Shown here piece after piece: positions 46,794 to 56,845 of a stretch of DNA of 64,000 nt. The number at the start of each line of letters is the position of its first letter. Positions within the stretch are counted from its first letter, which is position 1. This DNA comes from an uncultured Staphylococcus sp. (GTDB lineage: Bacteria; Bacteroidota; Bacteroidia; Bacteroidales; Muribaculaceae). The position numbers and the translations under genes are program-made. The notes below the pieces were generated by a model that searched no databases, had not been told where the DNA came from, and worked only from the letters and a program-made list of their open reading frames with translations. Where the stretch lies: NCBI GenBank assembly GCA_964554195.1, contig CAZKNK010000001.1, forward strand, positions 18,174-82,173. Reading direction: 5' to 3'.

Positions 46794-48665
46794 TTAATAG
46801 CCGGGGTTCTGGTCTTCGGGAGTGAGAGCAGTGTTGGAGTTGAACTCGTCGGCGGGGATAGGACGATACCACTTGTATTCACCCTTGTTGTTCTGCATGT
46901 CAGCCAGAGTGTTGATGTTGCGGTTGAACTCAAGGTTGTAGCGGATATACTGCTTGGTGCGGCGGAGATCAGCATAACGGGTCTGCTCTGCATAGCACTC
47001 GCGGGCATACTCGTCGAGGATAAGGTCAAGAGGCTTCTCAACAAAGTTGGGAGTAACGATATACTGAGGAGCGTAGGCTGCGAACGAAGCGAGCGCGGGG
47101 AGACCGGCACGGCCACGGACAGCGTTGATCTTCGAGAGAGCTGCGCCCTCGTTGCCGGCCATATAGTTGGCCTCGGCATTCACGAGATACATCTGGCTGA
47201 CGTGGAAGAGGACGATGTCACGGAAACCGTTGCTTGCAGTAGCCTGAGGAGTAGCGGGATCGTCAAATTTCTTGACGCACATACCCTGGAAACCACCACC
47301 GCTTGCAAGGAACGCGGTAAGGATAACCTTGCTGTTCTTGGTGTAAGTACCGTCAGTCTTGAAGTCCCAACGTGTGATATATTCAGAGTTGTCAAGACGG
47401 ACAGCGAAGGGGTTATTGTTACCATACTCTGTGTTGACGTTCTTGGGGTCATTGGGATCCATCGGACCACCCTTTACGGTCTGAGCCTTGTGAGCGTCAA
47501 GCCATGCCTCACATTCGGCATCAGTCATGTAGTAGGGGAAAATCTTCATCGAGATAGGCATCTTGGCGAGATCAGCGGGTGCTGCGTTATAGAAAGCGTA
47601 GTAACCCTGAGTACCCCATTCAGACATTTCGTTAGAGATGCGTTTAGCATTATAGTTGGTGGTCATGAAGGTAGCTTCGAAACGGAGGTCACCTTTCTCC
47701 CAAAGACGCATAGCCTTGAAGGAGGTCATGTCGCTACCGCCCTTGGTAGGTTTGAGCGAGGTGGTCTTGCAGTCACCGAAGTAAGCTGAGTAGGCGTTCT
47801 GGAGACCGTGGCCGGTTGAGCTGGGGTCGGTGGGAACGCCGTTGCGCTCATACTGGATAGAGAAGATTTCCTCAGCGTTACCCTCGTTGAAGGGACTCCA
47901 CTTGTCCTCATAGCTCATGGTGAGCTGAATGCCGCTGATAGCGGTTTCAGACCAAGAGGCGGCCTTCTTGAAGCTTTCGGTTGAGTTGACCTTGTAGTCA
48001 CCCTTAGCGGCATCAACCAGTTCGGTTTCGATGTCCCATGCCTTGGCAAGATAGAGCTTGGCAAGGAGAGCGGCTACAGCCTGCTTTGAGGCTTTACCCT
48101 CATGGCTTGCAGCGGGGATGCTTGAATTGGCATAGAGATCCTCGAGGTCAGCGATGGTTTCGTCATAGATCTCTGCTAACGGAGTACGGGGATAGTCGCG
48201 TGAAGCATCCTGAATGTAGTTGGTGACATAAGGAACGGCACCGAACTGCTGGGTGAGCAGATAGTAGATAAGACCGCGGAGGAAACGACCCTCATAGGCG
48301 TAGCTTGTACCCTCGCCGCCGTAGTGGATAAGGGCGTTGGCATACTGGATGGTCTTGTAACCGTTGGAGTAGTAGCTCTTCACGGTTCCGTCCTCAGCGT
48401 TGTTAAGGAACTTGGCATAGTCAGGGTCACCTTCAGCTTTAGGACTCATATAAAGGTCACTGCCATATTCATGGATGTTGACCTGAACGCCAAAGTTGCG
48501 GAGCGACTCATAAGCCGTCGGCAGAAGCACGTCGGGGTTTTTCGAGAAGTAATCCTCGGCATTGTTGTCGCCGGTCGACTTGTTCTCGGCATCGAGGAAG
48601 TCAGAGCAGGATGTCAGTGACATCATGCAGAGAGCGGCGGCTGACAGATATTTTAAGTATTTCAT
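46794..48665 (-). CDS. susD: SusD/RagB family glycan-binding lipoprotein
   Basis: LTSCSDFLD lipobox; EGRFLRGLIYYLL..QFGAVP, ALLAKLYL, ILDEYARE.YAE..RYADLRRT, QNPGY. Confidence 0.95.
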   Translation of the reverse strand: MKYLKYLSAAALCMMSLTSCSDFLDAENKSTGDNNAEDYFSKNPDVLLPTAYESLRNFGVQVNIHEYGSDLYMSPKAEGDPDYAKFLNNAEDGTVKSYYSNGYKTIQYANALIHYGGEGTSYAYEGRFLRGLIYYLLTQQFGAVPYVTNYIQDASRDYPRTPLAEIYDETIADLEDLYANSSIPAASHEGKASKQAVAALLAKLYLAKAWDIETELVDAAKGDYKVNSTESFKKAASWSETAISGIQLTMSYEDKWSPFNEGNAEEIFSIQYERNGVPTDPSSTGHGLQNAYSAYFGDCKTTSLKPTKGGSDMTSFKAMRLWEKGDLRFEATFMTTNYNAKRISNEMSEWGTQGYYAFYNAAPADLAKMPISMKIFPYYMTDAECEAWLDAHKAQTVKGGPMDPNDPKNVNTEYGNNNPFAVRLDNSEYITRWDFKTDGTYTKNSKVILTAFLASGGGFQGMCVKKFDDPATPQATASNGFRDIVLFHVSQMYLVNAEANYMAGNEGAALSKINAVRGRAGLPALASFAAYAPQYIVTPNFVEKPLDLILDEYARECYAEQTRYADLRRTKQYIRYNLEFNRNINTLADMQNNKGEYKWYRPIPADEFNSNTALTPEDQNPGY

Positions 48666-48692
48666 TGTAGTTAAGAGATGTTAGAGTTAAGG

Positions 48693-51600
48693 TTAGAACT
48701 TAATGCTTGCACCGATCTGGTAGGAGACGATGCTCGGACCGTCGTTCTTGCCGGCAGCGGTTGCCCACTCAGGATCGAAACCTTTATACTTGGTCCATAC
48801 GAAGGGGTTCGTAACGGTGAAGTAGAGGCGGAGGTTCTGGCAAGCGATCTTCTTGAGCAGATTCTTGCTGAAGGTGTAGCCGAGAGTGATGTTCTTAACT
48901 TTGACGAACGAACCGTCAACGAATTTCTTGGCGTCATTCCAGAATGTCATCTGAGAACCGGCACCCATGTTTGATGCACCACCCATAGTAGGATCTTCAC
49001 CGTAGTAGGTGTAGGTCATGTACTCGGGGTTGATGAATGTACCGTCGTCACGCATACCGTCAGCACCTACGAGAGCTCCGCAGGGGAGATAGTAGTCAAG
49101 AGCGATGGAGTTACGTGCGCGCTGGTCATGACGGAAGAGGTCGCCGCCCATGAAGGGTGAGTAAACCTTGAAGCCCTGCTTAGCGTAGATGTTGAACGAG
49201 AAGTCGAGCTGACCGCCATTCTTGGGGAGACGGTAAGAGAGGTTTGAAGTCACGCTACCGGTCCACTTGGGATCACCGTTCATGTGAATCTTGTCATAGT
49301 CGTCGATAGTACCGTCACCGTTCTGGTCAGCGATATATACGTTACCTTCCTGGAGACCGTAGCAATCATAGAAGTAGTCAGCCATCACAACCTGGTCGCC
49401 GGGTGTGTAACCCTTGTCGATAGCGATCTGATGGTCGGGAACAGTCATCATTTCGTCGGTAACGATGCCACCGAAGTCATAGCCGTAGAGGGTGTGGATG
49501 GTGCGTCCTACGAAGAGAGAGCCGGTTGCGCCGTTGATGAGTTCATCGGCAACGCCGTTGATTTCCTTAACCTTGTTCTGGTTGTGAGCAAAGGTGAAGG
49601 TGGTTGACCACTCCCAGTTGCGGTCGGTGTAGTTGACAGTGGTAAGAGAAACCTCGACACCACGGTTCTGAACCTTACCGATGTTGGTAGTCAGTGAGCC
49701 GCCGCCCGATTCGAGAGGCAGGTTAACCTTGTAGAGAAGGTCCTTTGAGTTCTTCTGATAGATGTCGACGCTACCCATGATGCGGTTGTTCAGGAAGCCG
49801 AAGTCGATACCGGCATTGTATTCGTGAGATTTTTCCCACTGAAGACCTGCGTCAACAACAGAACCGGGATAGAAACCTGTTCCATAGTTAGGACCGAAGG
49901 GATAGTAAACGGGGCCGTTGAAGCCGATAACGGTAGCGTAGTTGCCGATACCCTTGTTGTTACCGGAAACACCGTAAGAGAGACGGAGCTTCAGGTTAGA
50001 GAGCCACTCCTTGCGGAGGAATTCCTCCTCGCTCAGACGCCATGCGACAGCGACAGAGGGGAAGGTACCCCAACGATAGTCCTTACCGAGCTTTGAAGAA
50101 CCGTCCCAACGCACGGTGGCGGTGAGCATGTAGCGGTCCATCAGAGAGTAGTTGCCACGGAGAGCGTAAGAGAGCATGGAGCTTTCGCCGTAGGACGAAG
50201 TGATTACGCGCTGAGTCTGGTCACCGGATGAAACGTTCCACCAGTCGGTATATTCCATCACGTTGGCAGCTTCCATCTTATAATCTTCAGTGTTGCCCTT
50301 TTCGAGAGAAACGAGACCGAGGACGTTGACAGAGTGGATGTCGTTGAAAGTGCGGTTGAAGTTGATGGTGTTGTCCCAAGTCCAGCCGAACGAAGTCTTG
50401 TTTTCAACAGTTGCAGAGTTGTAGCTTGTTTCGGGGTCTGACATGCTTGTGCCGGCAAAGGTGTAGCCGGGGTTGTCAGGATTCTCGTAACCTGCAAAGT
50501 AACCGTGACGGTAGTGAGTGAAGCTGGGCGAGAAAGTGGTCTTGATGTTAAGGCCCTTGATGATGTCCAACTGGAGGTAAACGTTACCGAGAACGCGATA
50601 TGTCTTACGCTTCTGGGTAGAGTTCTGAAGCATGAGAAGGGGAGAAACCTGGTCGGTGAACTGGTTGGCATCAGTTCCGAGAGCGCCGTTGGCACCCGGT
50701 TTCATGATGATGTGACCCTCTTCATCGTAAGGAATCATGAACGCATTTGCACGGTAAGCGTCGGCGATACCGCCGTCGTCAGCGTAGCTGTTTTCCATGT
50801 AAGCGAGGTTGAAGTTGAAACCGCCGCTGATTACTTTGTTCACGCGGGCGTCAACTGATCCCTTGAAGTTGTAGTTGGTACTCTTATCACCTTTATAGAT
50901 ACCTTCTTCCTCAGTGATACCAACGCCGAAGTGATAGTTGGCGGTATCGCTTGCGCCGGAGATAGCCACATAGTGGTTCTGCTGGTGTCCGTCGCGGGTA
51001 ACGAGGCCGGGCCAGTCATAAGTCTGACCGTTGGCAACCATTTCTTTAAGAAGGAGGGGTGATGTGGGGTCCTTGGAATCCTGCTGGATGTAAGACTGAC
51101 CGAAAGTAGTCTGGTTTGCGAAAGTGTTGGTAGGCATTGAACCGCCCATGATTGACTTCTCCTGAAGTTTCATCACGCGCTGACGCATGTACTGATTACC
51201 GTCAGAGAACTCGGGCATACGGGCTGCGTGGTTGATACCATAGTAACCGTCGTAAGTAATGGTAGCTTTGGTATCCTTCTTCACGTTTGTACCGCCCTTG
51301 GTGGTCACCATAACGACACCGGCAGATGCGCGCGAACCGTAGATAGCGGTTGACGAAGCATCCTTAAGCACGTCGATGCGCTCGATGTCCTGAGGGTTAA
51401 GGAAGTCGATGTCAGAGCAGATAACGCCGTCGACAACGAACAGAGGGGTGGTTGAAGAGTTGAGTGATGACTGACCGCGGATCTCGATGTTGATACCGCC
51501 GTTGGTACGACCGGTTGACTTGGTGATGTTCACACCGGGAGTGGTACCCTGGAGGTTTTCGAGAACCGAGGGAGCGCCCTTGGCATTCAGTTTCTCGGTA

Positions 51601-52028
51601 TCGACAGAAGAAACGGCACCGGTAAGGTCGCTTTTCTTCATTGTACCGTAACCGACCACAACCACTTCGTCAAGCACCTCGGAATCCTCCTGAAGAGTGA
51701 CGGTGATGTTGGTCTGTCCGTTGATGGCAACAGTCTGCGTCTTGTAACCGATGTAGGAAACAGTCAGCTTACCGTTTGAAGGCACATTAGCAAGAGTGAA
51801 GTTACCGTCAAAGTCGGTAGCCATACCCTTGGAAGTACCGTCGAGCAAAACTGAAGCGCCGATGATAGGCTCACCCGATGCGTCCTGAACAGTACCGTTA
51901 ACGGTGATGTTCTGCGCAAAGACAGGCAATCCTACACAAAGGACCGCTAAAATCATCATTGTCCTCACCAGACGTGCGGGCGAGAACAACTTCAGCCATT
52001 GATAATGACTTTTCAAATTGTCTTTCAT
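48693..52028 (-). CDS. susC: SusC/RagA TonB-dependent transporter
   Basis: LDEVVVVGYG, DIERIDVLKDASSTAIYGSRASAGVVMVTTK, LKLRLSYG, LQWEK, terminal Phe. Confidence 0.97.
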   Translation of the reverse strand: MKDNLKSHYQWLKLFSPARLVRTMMILAVLCVGLPVFAQNITVNGTVQDASGEPIIGASVLLDGTSKGMATDFDGNFTLANVPSNGKLTVSYIGYKTQTVAINGQTNITVTLQEDSEVLDEVVVVGYGTMKKSDLTGAVSSVDTEKLNAKGAPSVLENLQGTTPGVNITKSTGRTNGGINIEIRGQSSLNSSTTPLFVVDGVICSDIDFLNPQDIERIDVLKDASSTAIYGSRASAGVVMVTTKGGTNVKKDTKATITYDGYYGINHAARMPEFSDGNQYMRQRVMKLQEKSIMGGSMPTNTFANQTTFGQSYIQQDSKDPTSPLLLKEMVANGQTYDWPGLVTRDGHQQNHYVAISGASDTANYHFGVGITEEEGIYKGDKSTNYNFKGSVDARVNKVISGGFNFNLAYMENSYADDGGIADAYRANAFMIPYDEEGHIIMKPGANGALGTDANQFTDQVSPLLMLQNSTQKRKTYRVLGNVYLQLDIIKGLNIKTTFSPSFTHYRHGYFAGYENPDNPGYTFAGTSMSDPETSYNSATVENKTSFGWTWDNTINFNRTFNDIHSVNVLGLVSLEKGNTEDYKMEAANVMEYTDWWNVSSGDQTQRVITSSYGESSMLSYALRGNYSLMDRYMLTATVRWDGSSKLGKDYRWGTFPSVAVAWRLSEEEFLRKEWLSNLKLRLSYGVSGNNKGIGNYATVIGFNGPVYYPFGPNYGTGFYPGSVVDAGLQWEKSHEYNAGIDFGFLNNRIMGSVDIYQKNSKDLLYKVNLPLESGGGSLTTNIGKVQNRGVEVSLTTVNYTDRNWEWSTTFTFAHNQNKVKEINGVADELINGATGSLFVGRTIHTLYGYDFGGIVTDEMMTVPDHQIAIDKGYTPGDQVVMADYFYDCYGLQEGNVYIADQNGDGTIDDYDKIHMNGDPKWTGSVTSNLSYRLPKNGGQLDFSFNIYAKQGFKVYSPFMGGDLFRHDQRARNSIALDYYLPCGALVGADGMRDDGTFINPEYMTYTYYGEDPTMGGASNMGAGSQMTFWNDAKKFVDGSFVKVKNITLGYTFSKNLLKKIACQNLRLYFTVTNPFVWTKYKGFDPEWATAAGKNDGPSIVSYQIGASIKF

Positions 52029-52218
52029 GATGTCACTGTGTTATTAATAAAAAATTTCATGCAAAAAATGATATTGGTTGTATATGTAATCGAGTCTGTT
52101 GCTGATAGATAAGGGATGACGGTTAATGGCTAACGCGCCACAGGCCCGATTATTTTACCGTTTTTAATAAAAAATGTGAAAGTTTGACTGCGCTTGTTGG
52201 TTTTAAATGATTTTTAGG

Positions 52219-52236
52219 TAATTTTGTGCAAATATA
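52219..52236. promoter_or_regulatory. Adjacent face-to-face -7 elements for GH28 (+) and susC (-)
   Basis: TAATTTTG on plus (52219-52226); TATATTTG on minus (52229-52236). Confidence 0.45.
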
Positions 52237-52255
52237 CAAATTAACTTTGAATTCC

Positions 52256-54781
52256 ATGAAAAAAGTAATGTTAATTTTAGCCTTGACCCTAATATTTTCC
52301 GTTTCAAGGGCAAATGACCCTGACGAAGCGTGGAAAACGGTCTATCCGGCTATCGAGAAACAGATCAAGGCCCCGACCTTCCGTGACAAAGACTACAACA
52401 TCCTTGACTACGGCAAGCGGAGCAAGAAAAAAAACCACCTTTACACCACATTAATTAATAGTGTAATAGAAAAATGCCACAACGAAGGCGGAGGACGGGT
52501 GATAATCCCCGCCGGGACATGGCTCACCGGTCCGCTCACCATCAAGAGCAACGTCAACCTCCACCTCGAGGAGGGCGCCATACTCCTCTTCACCACCGAC
52601 CCCAAGGAATTTCCCCTCGCATTCACCCGCTGGGAAGGAATGGACTGCTATAACTATCAGCCCTGCGTCTATGCCATCGACGCCGAAAACATAGCCCTCA
52701 CCGGCAAAGGCACCGTGGACGGCGCCGCCGAAAACGGCAACTGGTGGCGGATGTGTGCCAAACCGGTCTACGGCTACACCGACGGCATCATCTCGCAGAA
52801 AATCGGACGCCCCCTCCTTCAGGAATGGAACGAAAACGGCGTCCCTGCCGAAAAACGAATCCTCGGCGACGGCTACGGAATGCGCCCGCAGTTGGTCAAC
52901 TTCGTCAACTGCAAGAATGTCCTTATCGAGGACGTCACCCTGCTCCGCTCACCGTTCTGGGTCATCCACCCGCTGTGGTGTGAAAACGTCACCGTCCGCG
53001 GCGTCCACATCCAGAACGACGGCCCCAACGGCGACGGCTGCGACCCCGAATCATGCAAAAACGTGCTGATAGAGCGCTGCTACTTTGACACCGGCGACGA
53101 CTGCATCGCAATCAAGAGCGGACGAAACCGCGACGGACGCGAGGATGGCCGACCGAGCGAAAACTTCATCGTGCGCGACTGCCAGATGAAAAACGGCCAC
53201 GGAGGCGTGGTGGTGGGTAGCGAAATCTCCGGCGGATTCCGCAACCTTTTCGCTGAAAACTGCACCATGGACAGCCCCGACCTGGAGCGAGTGGTCAGAA
53301 TCAAGACAAACCCCTGCCGCGGCGGAATCATCGAGAACATCTATGCCCGCAACATCGAGGTGGGACAGTGTGACGAAGCCGTGCTGAAAATCAACGTTGA
53401 CTATGAGCCGCGCGAAGCCTGTGACCGCTCCTTCCCCCCGGTGATACGCAATGTCTATCTTGACCGCGTCAACTGCAACAAGAGCCGCTACGGTGTCATG
53501 CTCATCGGCCTCAAGGACCGCTGCAACGTCTACAACGTGGAAGTGAAAAACTGCGTGTGGAACAACGTGGCCTCCGGCAACTCATTCACCGGCGAATATG
53601 CCAACGTCCGCCTGTCAAACGTCACAATCAACGGCAAGAAAGTCAACGAATACGCTCCCATGTCACAGCGCATGGCCCTCTCGGAGATGCAGCGCTGGCC
53701 CGAGTCATGGATGCTTGACTATGTCAAGGCCCCGAAGTGGCAGTATGCCATCGGTGTGGAACTCGACGCCATGATGCAGCTCGCCGACCGCTACGGCGAC
53801 ACCGCTATCCGCGACTATGCCCTCCAGTATGCCGACACGATGGTAAACTCAAAGGGGCAGATATGGAAATACAAGACAAAAGAATATAATATTGATCACC
53901 TTAAAAACGGTCTGCTCCTGATGCAAGCCCTCGAAATCACCGGAGAACCCAAATACCGCATAGCCCTTGACTCGCTCTGGAGCCAGATTCAGACCCACCC
54001 CCGCACCACCGAAGGCAACTTCTGGCACAAAAAGGTGTATCCCCACCAGGTGTGGCTCGACGGACTCTATATGGGTCAGCCCTTCTACATCACCTACGCC
54101 AACAAGTATCTCCCCGAAAACGAGCGCGAAAAGGTTTACAACGACGTAGCCGACCAGTTTGCCAACATAGCCCGCCACGCATACGACCCCAACACCGGAC
54201 TCTATCGCCACGCATGGGACGAAGCCCGCGAGCAATTCTGGGCCGACAAGACCACCGGCCAGTCGCAACACGCATGGGGCCGCGCACAGGGATGGTTTAT
54301 CTGGGCTTTGGTCGACGTTCTTGAGCAGCTTCCCGCCGACAATCCACGCCGCCCCGAACTGATAGCCCTCCTGCAATCGCTCGCCGACGGCATCCTCGCC
54401 TATCAGGACCCCGAATCGGGCCTCTGGTATCAGGTACTCGACCAGCCCGGACGCGAAGGCAACTATCTCGAGTCGACTGCCTCGTCGATGTATGTCTACA
54501 ACCTCCTGCGCGCCGACCGACTCGGCCTGCTCAAAGACCCCAAATATGCCGCAGCAGCCAAAAAAGGCTATGAAGGCATGCTCAAGGAATTCATCACCGA
54601 AAATCCCGACGGCACCGTATCGCTCACCAAGTGCTGCGCCGTGGCCGGACTCGGTGGCAAGGACCGCCGCGACGGCTCGTATGAATACTACCTCAGCGAA
54701 GAGGTGCGCGACAACGACCCCAAAGGCGTGGGACCGTTCATCTTCGCGGCCCTCGAAATGGAAGGCCGCCAGTTTGAATAA
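52256..54781 (+). CDS. GH28 polygalacturonase-like domain fused to GH105 unsaturated (rhamno)galacturonyl hydrolase
   Basis: GH28: PNGDGCDPE, TGDDCIAIKSG, GHGG, RIKT; GH105: FWHK..YPHQVWLDGLYMG, AWGRAQGW, YLESTAS, NDPKGVGPFI. Confidence 0.92.
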   Translation: MKKVMLILALTLIFSVSRANDPDEAWKTVYPAIEKQIKAPTFRDKDYNILDYGKRSKKKNHLYTTLINSVIEKCHNEGGGRVIIPAGTWLTGPLTIKSNVNLHLEEGAILLFTTDPKEFPLAFTRWEGMDCYNYQPCVYAIDAENIALTGKGTVDGAAENGNWWRMCAKPVYGYTDGIISQKIGRPLLQEWNENGVPAEKRILGDGYGMRPQLVNFVNCKNVLIEDVTLLRSPFWVIHPLWCENVTVRGVHIQNDGPNGDGCDPESCKNVLIERCYFDTGDDCIAIKSGRNRDGREDGRPSENFIVRDCQMKNGHGGVVVGSEISGGFRNLFAENCTMDSPDLERVVRIKTNPCRGGIIENIYARNIEVGQCDEAVLKINVDYEPREACDRSFPPVIRNVYLDRVNCNKSRYGVMLIGLKDRCNVYNVEVKNCVWNNVASGNSFTGEYANVRLSNVTINGKKVNEYAPMSQRMALSEMQRWPESWMLDYVKAPKWQYAIGVELDAMMQLADRYGDTAIRDYALQYADTMVNSKGQIWKYKTKEYNIDHLKNGLLLMQALEITGEPKYRIALDSLWSQIQTHPRTTEGNFWHKKVYPHQVWLDGLYMGQPFYITYANKYLPENEREKVYNDVADQFANIARHAYDPNTGLYRHAWDEAREQFWADKTTGQSQHAWGRAQGWFIWALVDVLEQLPADNPRRPELIALLQSLADGILAYQDPESGLWYQVLDQPGREGNYLESTASSMYVYNLLRADRLGLLKDPKYAAAAKKGYEGMLKEFITENPDGTVSLTKCCAVAGLGGKDRRDGSYEYYLSEEVRDNDPKGVGPFIFAALEMEGRQFE

Positions 54782-54804
54782 CCCCTCATCATCACAATCC
54801 CATC

Positions 54805-54845
54805 ATCGGGAGCCTGCACCGTCGGCGCAGGCTCCCGATTTGTTA
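54805..54845 (+). terminator. Rho-independent terminator
   Basis: atcgggagcctg...caggctcccgat plus T-rich tail. Confidence 0.75.
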
Positions 54846-55009
54846 ATTCATCCATAAAAATTCAAAAAACATAGGCAAAATGTGCTAAAATATATAATTT
54901 TTACCACATATTTTAATATAATTAATTACCTTTGCGTAGCTAATTGCACCAAAAGCGCAACCTTAGTCATTATCACAGAAAAATAACAACCTTAATACCA
55001 TTTCCACAG

Positions 55010-56815
55010 ATGAATAAAATAACCATGCTTGCAGCGGCTCTCACTCTTGCCGGAGCGACAGCCTTTGCTCAAGCCCCCGCATTCCCCGGCGCCGAAGGCC
55101 ACGGACGCTACGTCACCGGCGGACGAGGCGGTAAGATTCTACATGTAACGAACCTCAACGACTCTGGTGAAGGCTCGCTCCGCTGGGCGCTCTCGCAGAG
55201 CGGCGCACGAACCATCGTGTTTGACGTCTCCGGAACAATCGAACTCAAATCAGACCTAAAGCTCAACAACAGCAACGTATCCATCCTCGGACAGACCGCC
55301 CCTGGCGAAGGTATCACCATAGCCTACTACACCTTCAACAACAACGCCAACAACGTCATCATTCGATTCATCCGCTTCCGCCGCTCACAGGTGAAGGATG
55401 TCAATGACGGCGCCGACGGATTCTGGGGCCGAAACCGAAACAACATCATCCTCGACCACTGCTCCGCATCATGGTCAATAGACGAAGTAGCTTCGTGGTA
55501 TGACAACCGCGAATTCTCGATGCAGTGGTGTCTGATTGCCGAAGGTCTCTGTAACCCCGGTCACTCCAAGGGTGCGCACTCCTACGGCGGCATCTGGGGT
55601 GGCAAGCCTGCATCGTTCCACCACTCGGTGATTGCCCACGTGCAGAACCGCGCTCCCCGATTTAACGGCGCCCGCTATGAGTCAACCAACTACGACAAAA
55701 ATCTCTTTGCCAACACGGTGCTGGCCGAAAACGTTGACTTCCGAAACAATCTCCTCTACAACTGGGGTAACGGAAACGGCTCCTACGGCGGTCCCGGCGG
55801 AGGTCAGATCAACATCGTCAACAACTACTACAAGGCAGGTCCCGGCACGAACAACAAGACCCGCGTCACTCAGGTTTCGGTCGGCAACTCAGGCAACTCC
55901 ACCAACGCCAACCTCATTGGATACGCCTCACGCTACTATATTGACGGCAACTATGTCACAGCCGCATCCACTCCTGAAAACTATGACTGGTCAGGCGTGA
56001 TATATGACGGTGGACTCTCAACCATCGACGGCGAAAAATATATCCCCGACGCAAAACACCTCTATGGCGAAAACGCAACCTACGTCAAAAACACCTCCGG
56101 AGTTGACTGCGTCCGTCTGCGCCTTGACGAACCCACCATCACCGGCGAAGTGACCACCCACACCGCCAAAGAAGCATATAACAAAATCCTCAGATATGCA
56201 GGCGCATGTCTCTTCAAAGATGCCGTAGACACCCGCATCATGGAGGAAGCCCGCACAGGCACCGTCACATACAACGGCAAGGAACCCTTCATTGACGCCA
56301 CCGGCAAGAAATATGCCACATCAAACACCCCCGGTATCCCCGACTGGGTAAATGACCCCGAAGCCGCAACGCAGAATCCCAACGTGCCTTCCTTCCCCGT
56401 CATCAAACAGGAATCACGTCCCGAAGGATTTGACACCGACGGCGACGGCATGCCTGACCAGTGGGAAATCGACAACGGACTCGATCCCAACGATCCCGCC
56501 GACGGAAATCTCTACACCATCGACACAGAAAAAGGCTGGTACACAAACTTCGAGGTATATGCCAACTCAATAGTAGAGCATATCATCAAAGCCCAGAACG
56601 CCGACGCAATCAACGCTGTTGACGAATACTTTCCCGTTGCCAACAACCAGTCAGGAATCGCCGACAACTTTGCCAACGAAGCCGAAATCGTAGGATTTGA
56701 ATACTACAACCTTCAAGGCATCCGTCTCGACGAACCCTCTTTCGGCATCAACATCCGACGCATCATCTATAGCGACGGAACCGTCACCTCCGACAAAGTG
56801 ATCAAAAACCGCTAA
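55010..56815 (+). CDS. Pectate lyase, PL1 family, with T9SS-type C-terminus
   Basis: AFPGAEG.GRYVTGGRGG, VTNLNDSGEGSLRWA, GQTAPG, DHCSASWSIDE, RAPRF; DTDGDGMPD Ca-binding motif; TACCTTTG box at 54927-54934. Confidence 0.9.
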   Translation: MNKITMLAAALTLAGATAFAQAPAFPGAEGHGRYVTGGRGGKILHVTNLNDSGEGSLRWALSQSGARTIVFDVSGTIELKSDLKLNNSNVSILGQTAPGEGITIAYYTFNNNANNVIIRFIRFRRSQVKDVNDGADGFWGRNRNNIILDHCSASWSIDEVASWYDNREFSMQWCLIAEGLCNPGHSKGAHSYGGIWGGKPASFHHSVIAHVQNRAPRFNGARYESTNYDKNLFANTVLAENVDFRNNLLYNWGNGNGSYGGPGGGQINIVNNYYKAGPGTNNKTRVTQVSVGNSGNSTNANLIGYASRYYIDGNYVTAASTPENYDWSGVIYDGGLSTIDGEKYIPDAKHLYGENATYVKNTSGVDCVRLRLDEPTITGEVTTHTAKEAYNKILRYAGACLFKDAVDTRIMEEARTGTVTYNGKEPFIDATGKKYATSNTPGIPDWVNDPEAATQNPNVPSFPVIKQESRPEGFDTDGDGMPDQWEIDNGLDPNDPADGNLYTIDTEKGWYTNFEVYANSIVEHIIKAQNADAINAVDEYFPVANNQSGIADNFANEAEIVGFEYYNLQGIRLDEPSFGINIRRIIYSDGTVTSDKVIKNR

Positions 56816-56845
56816 TCTCAACTCTATTAAAACGATATCATACGC

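Noticed and set aside
40758-50858. Numerous long antisense or alternate-frame ORFs over the HD, relA, susC and susD genes
   Set aside because: Shadow ORFs expected from codon bias of the real genes; no independent motifs or start signals.
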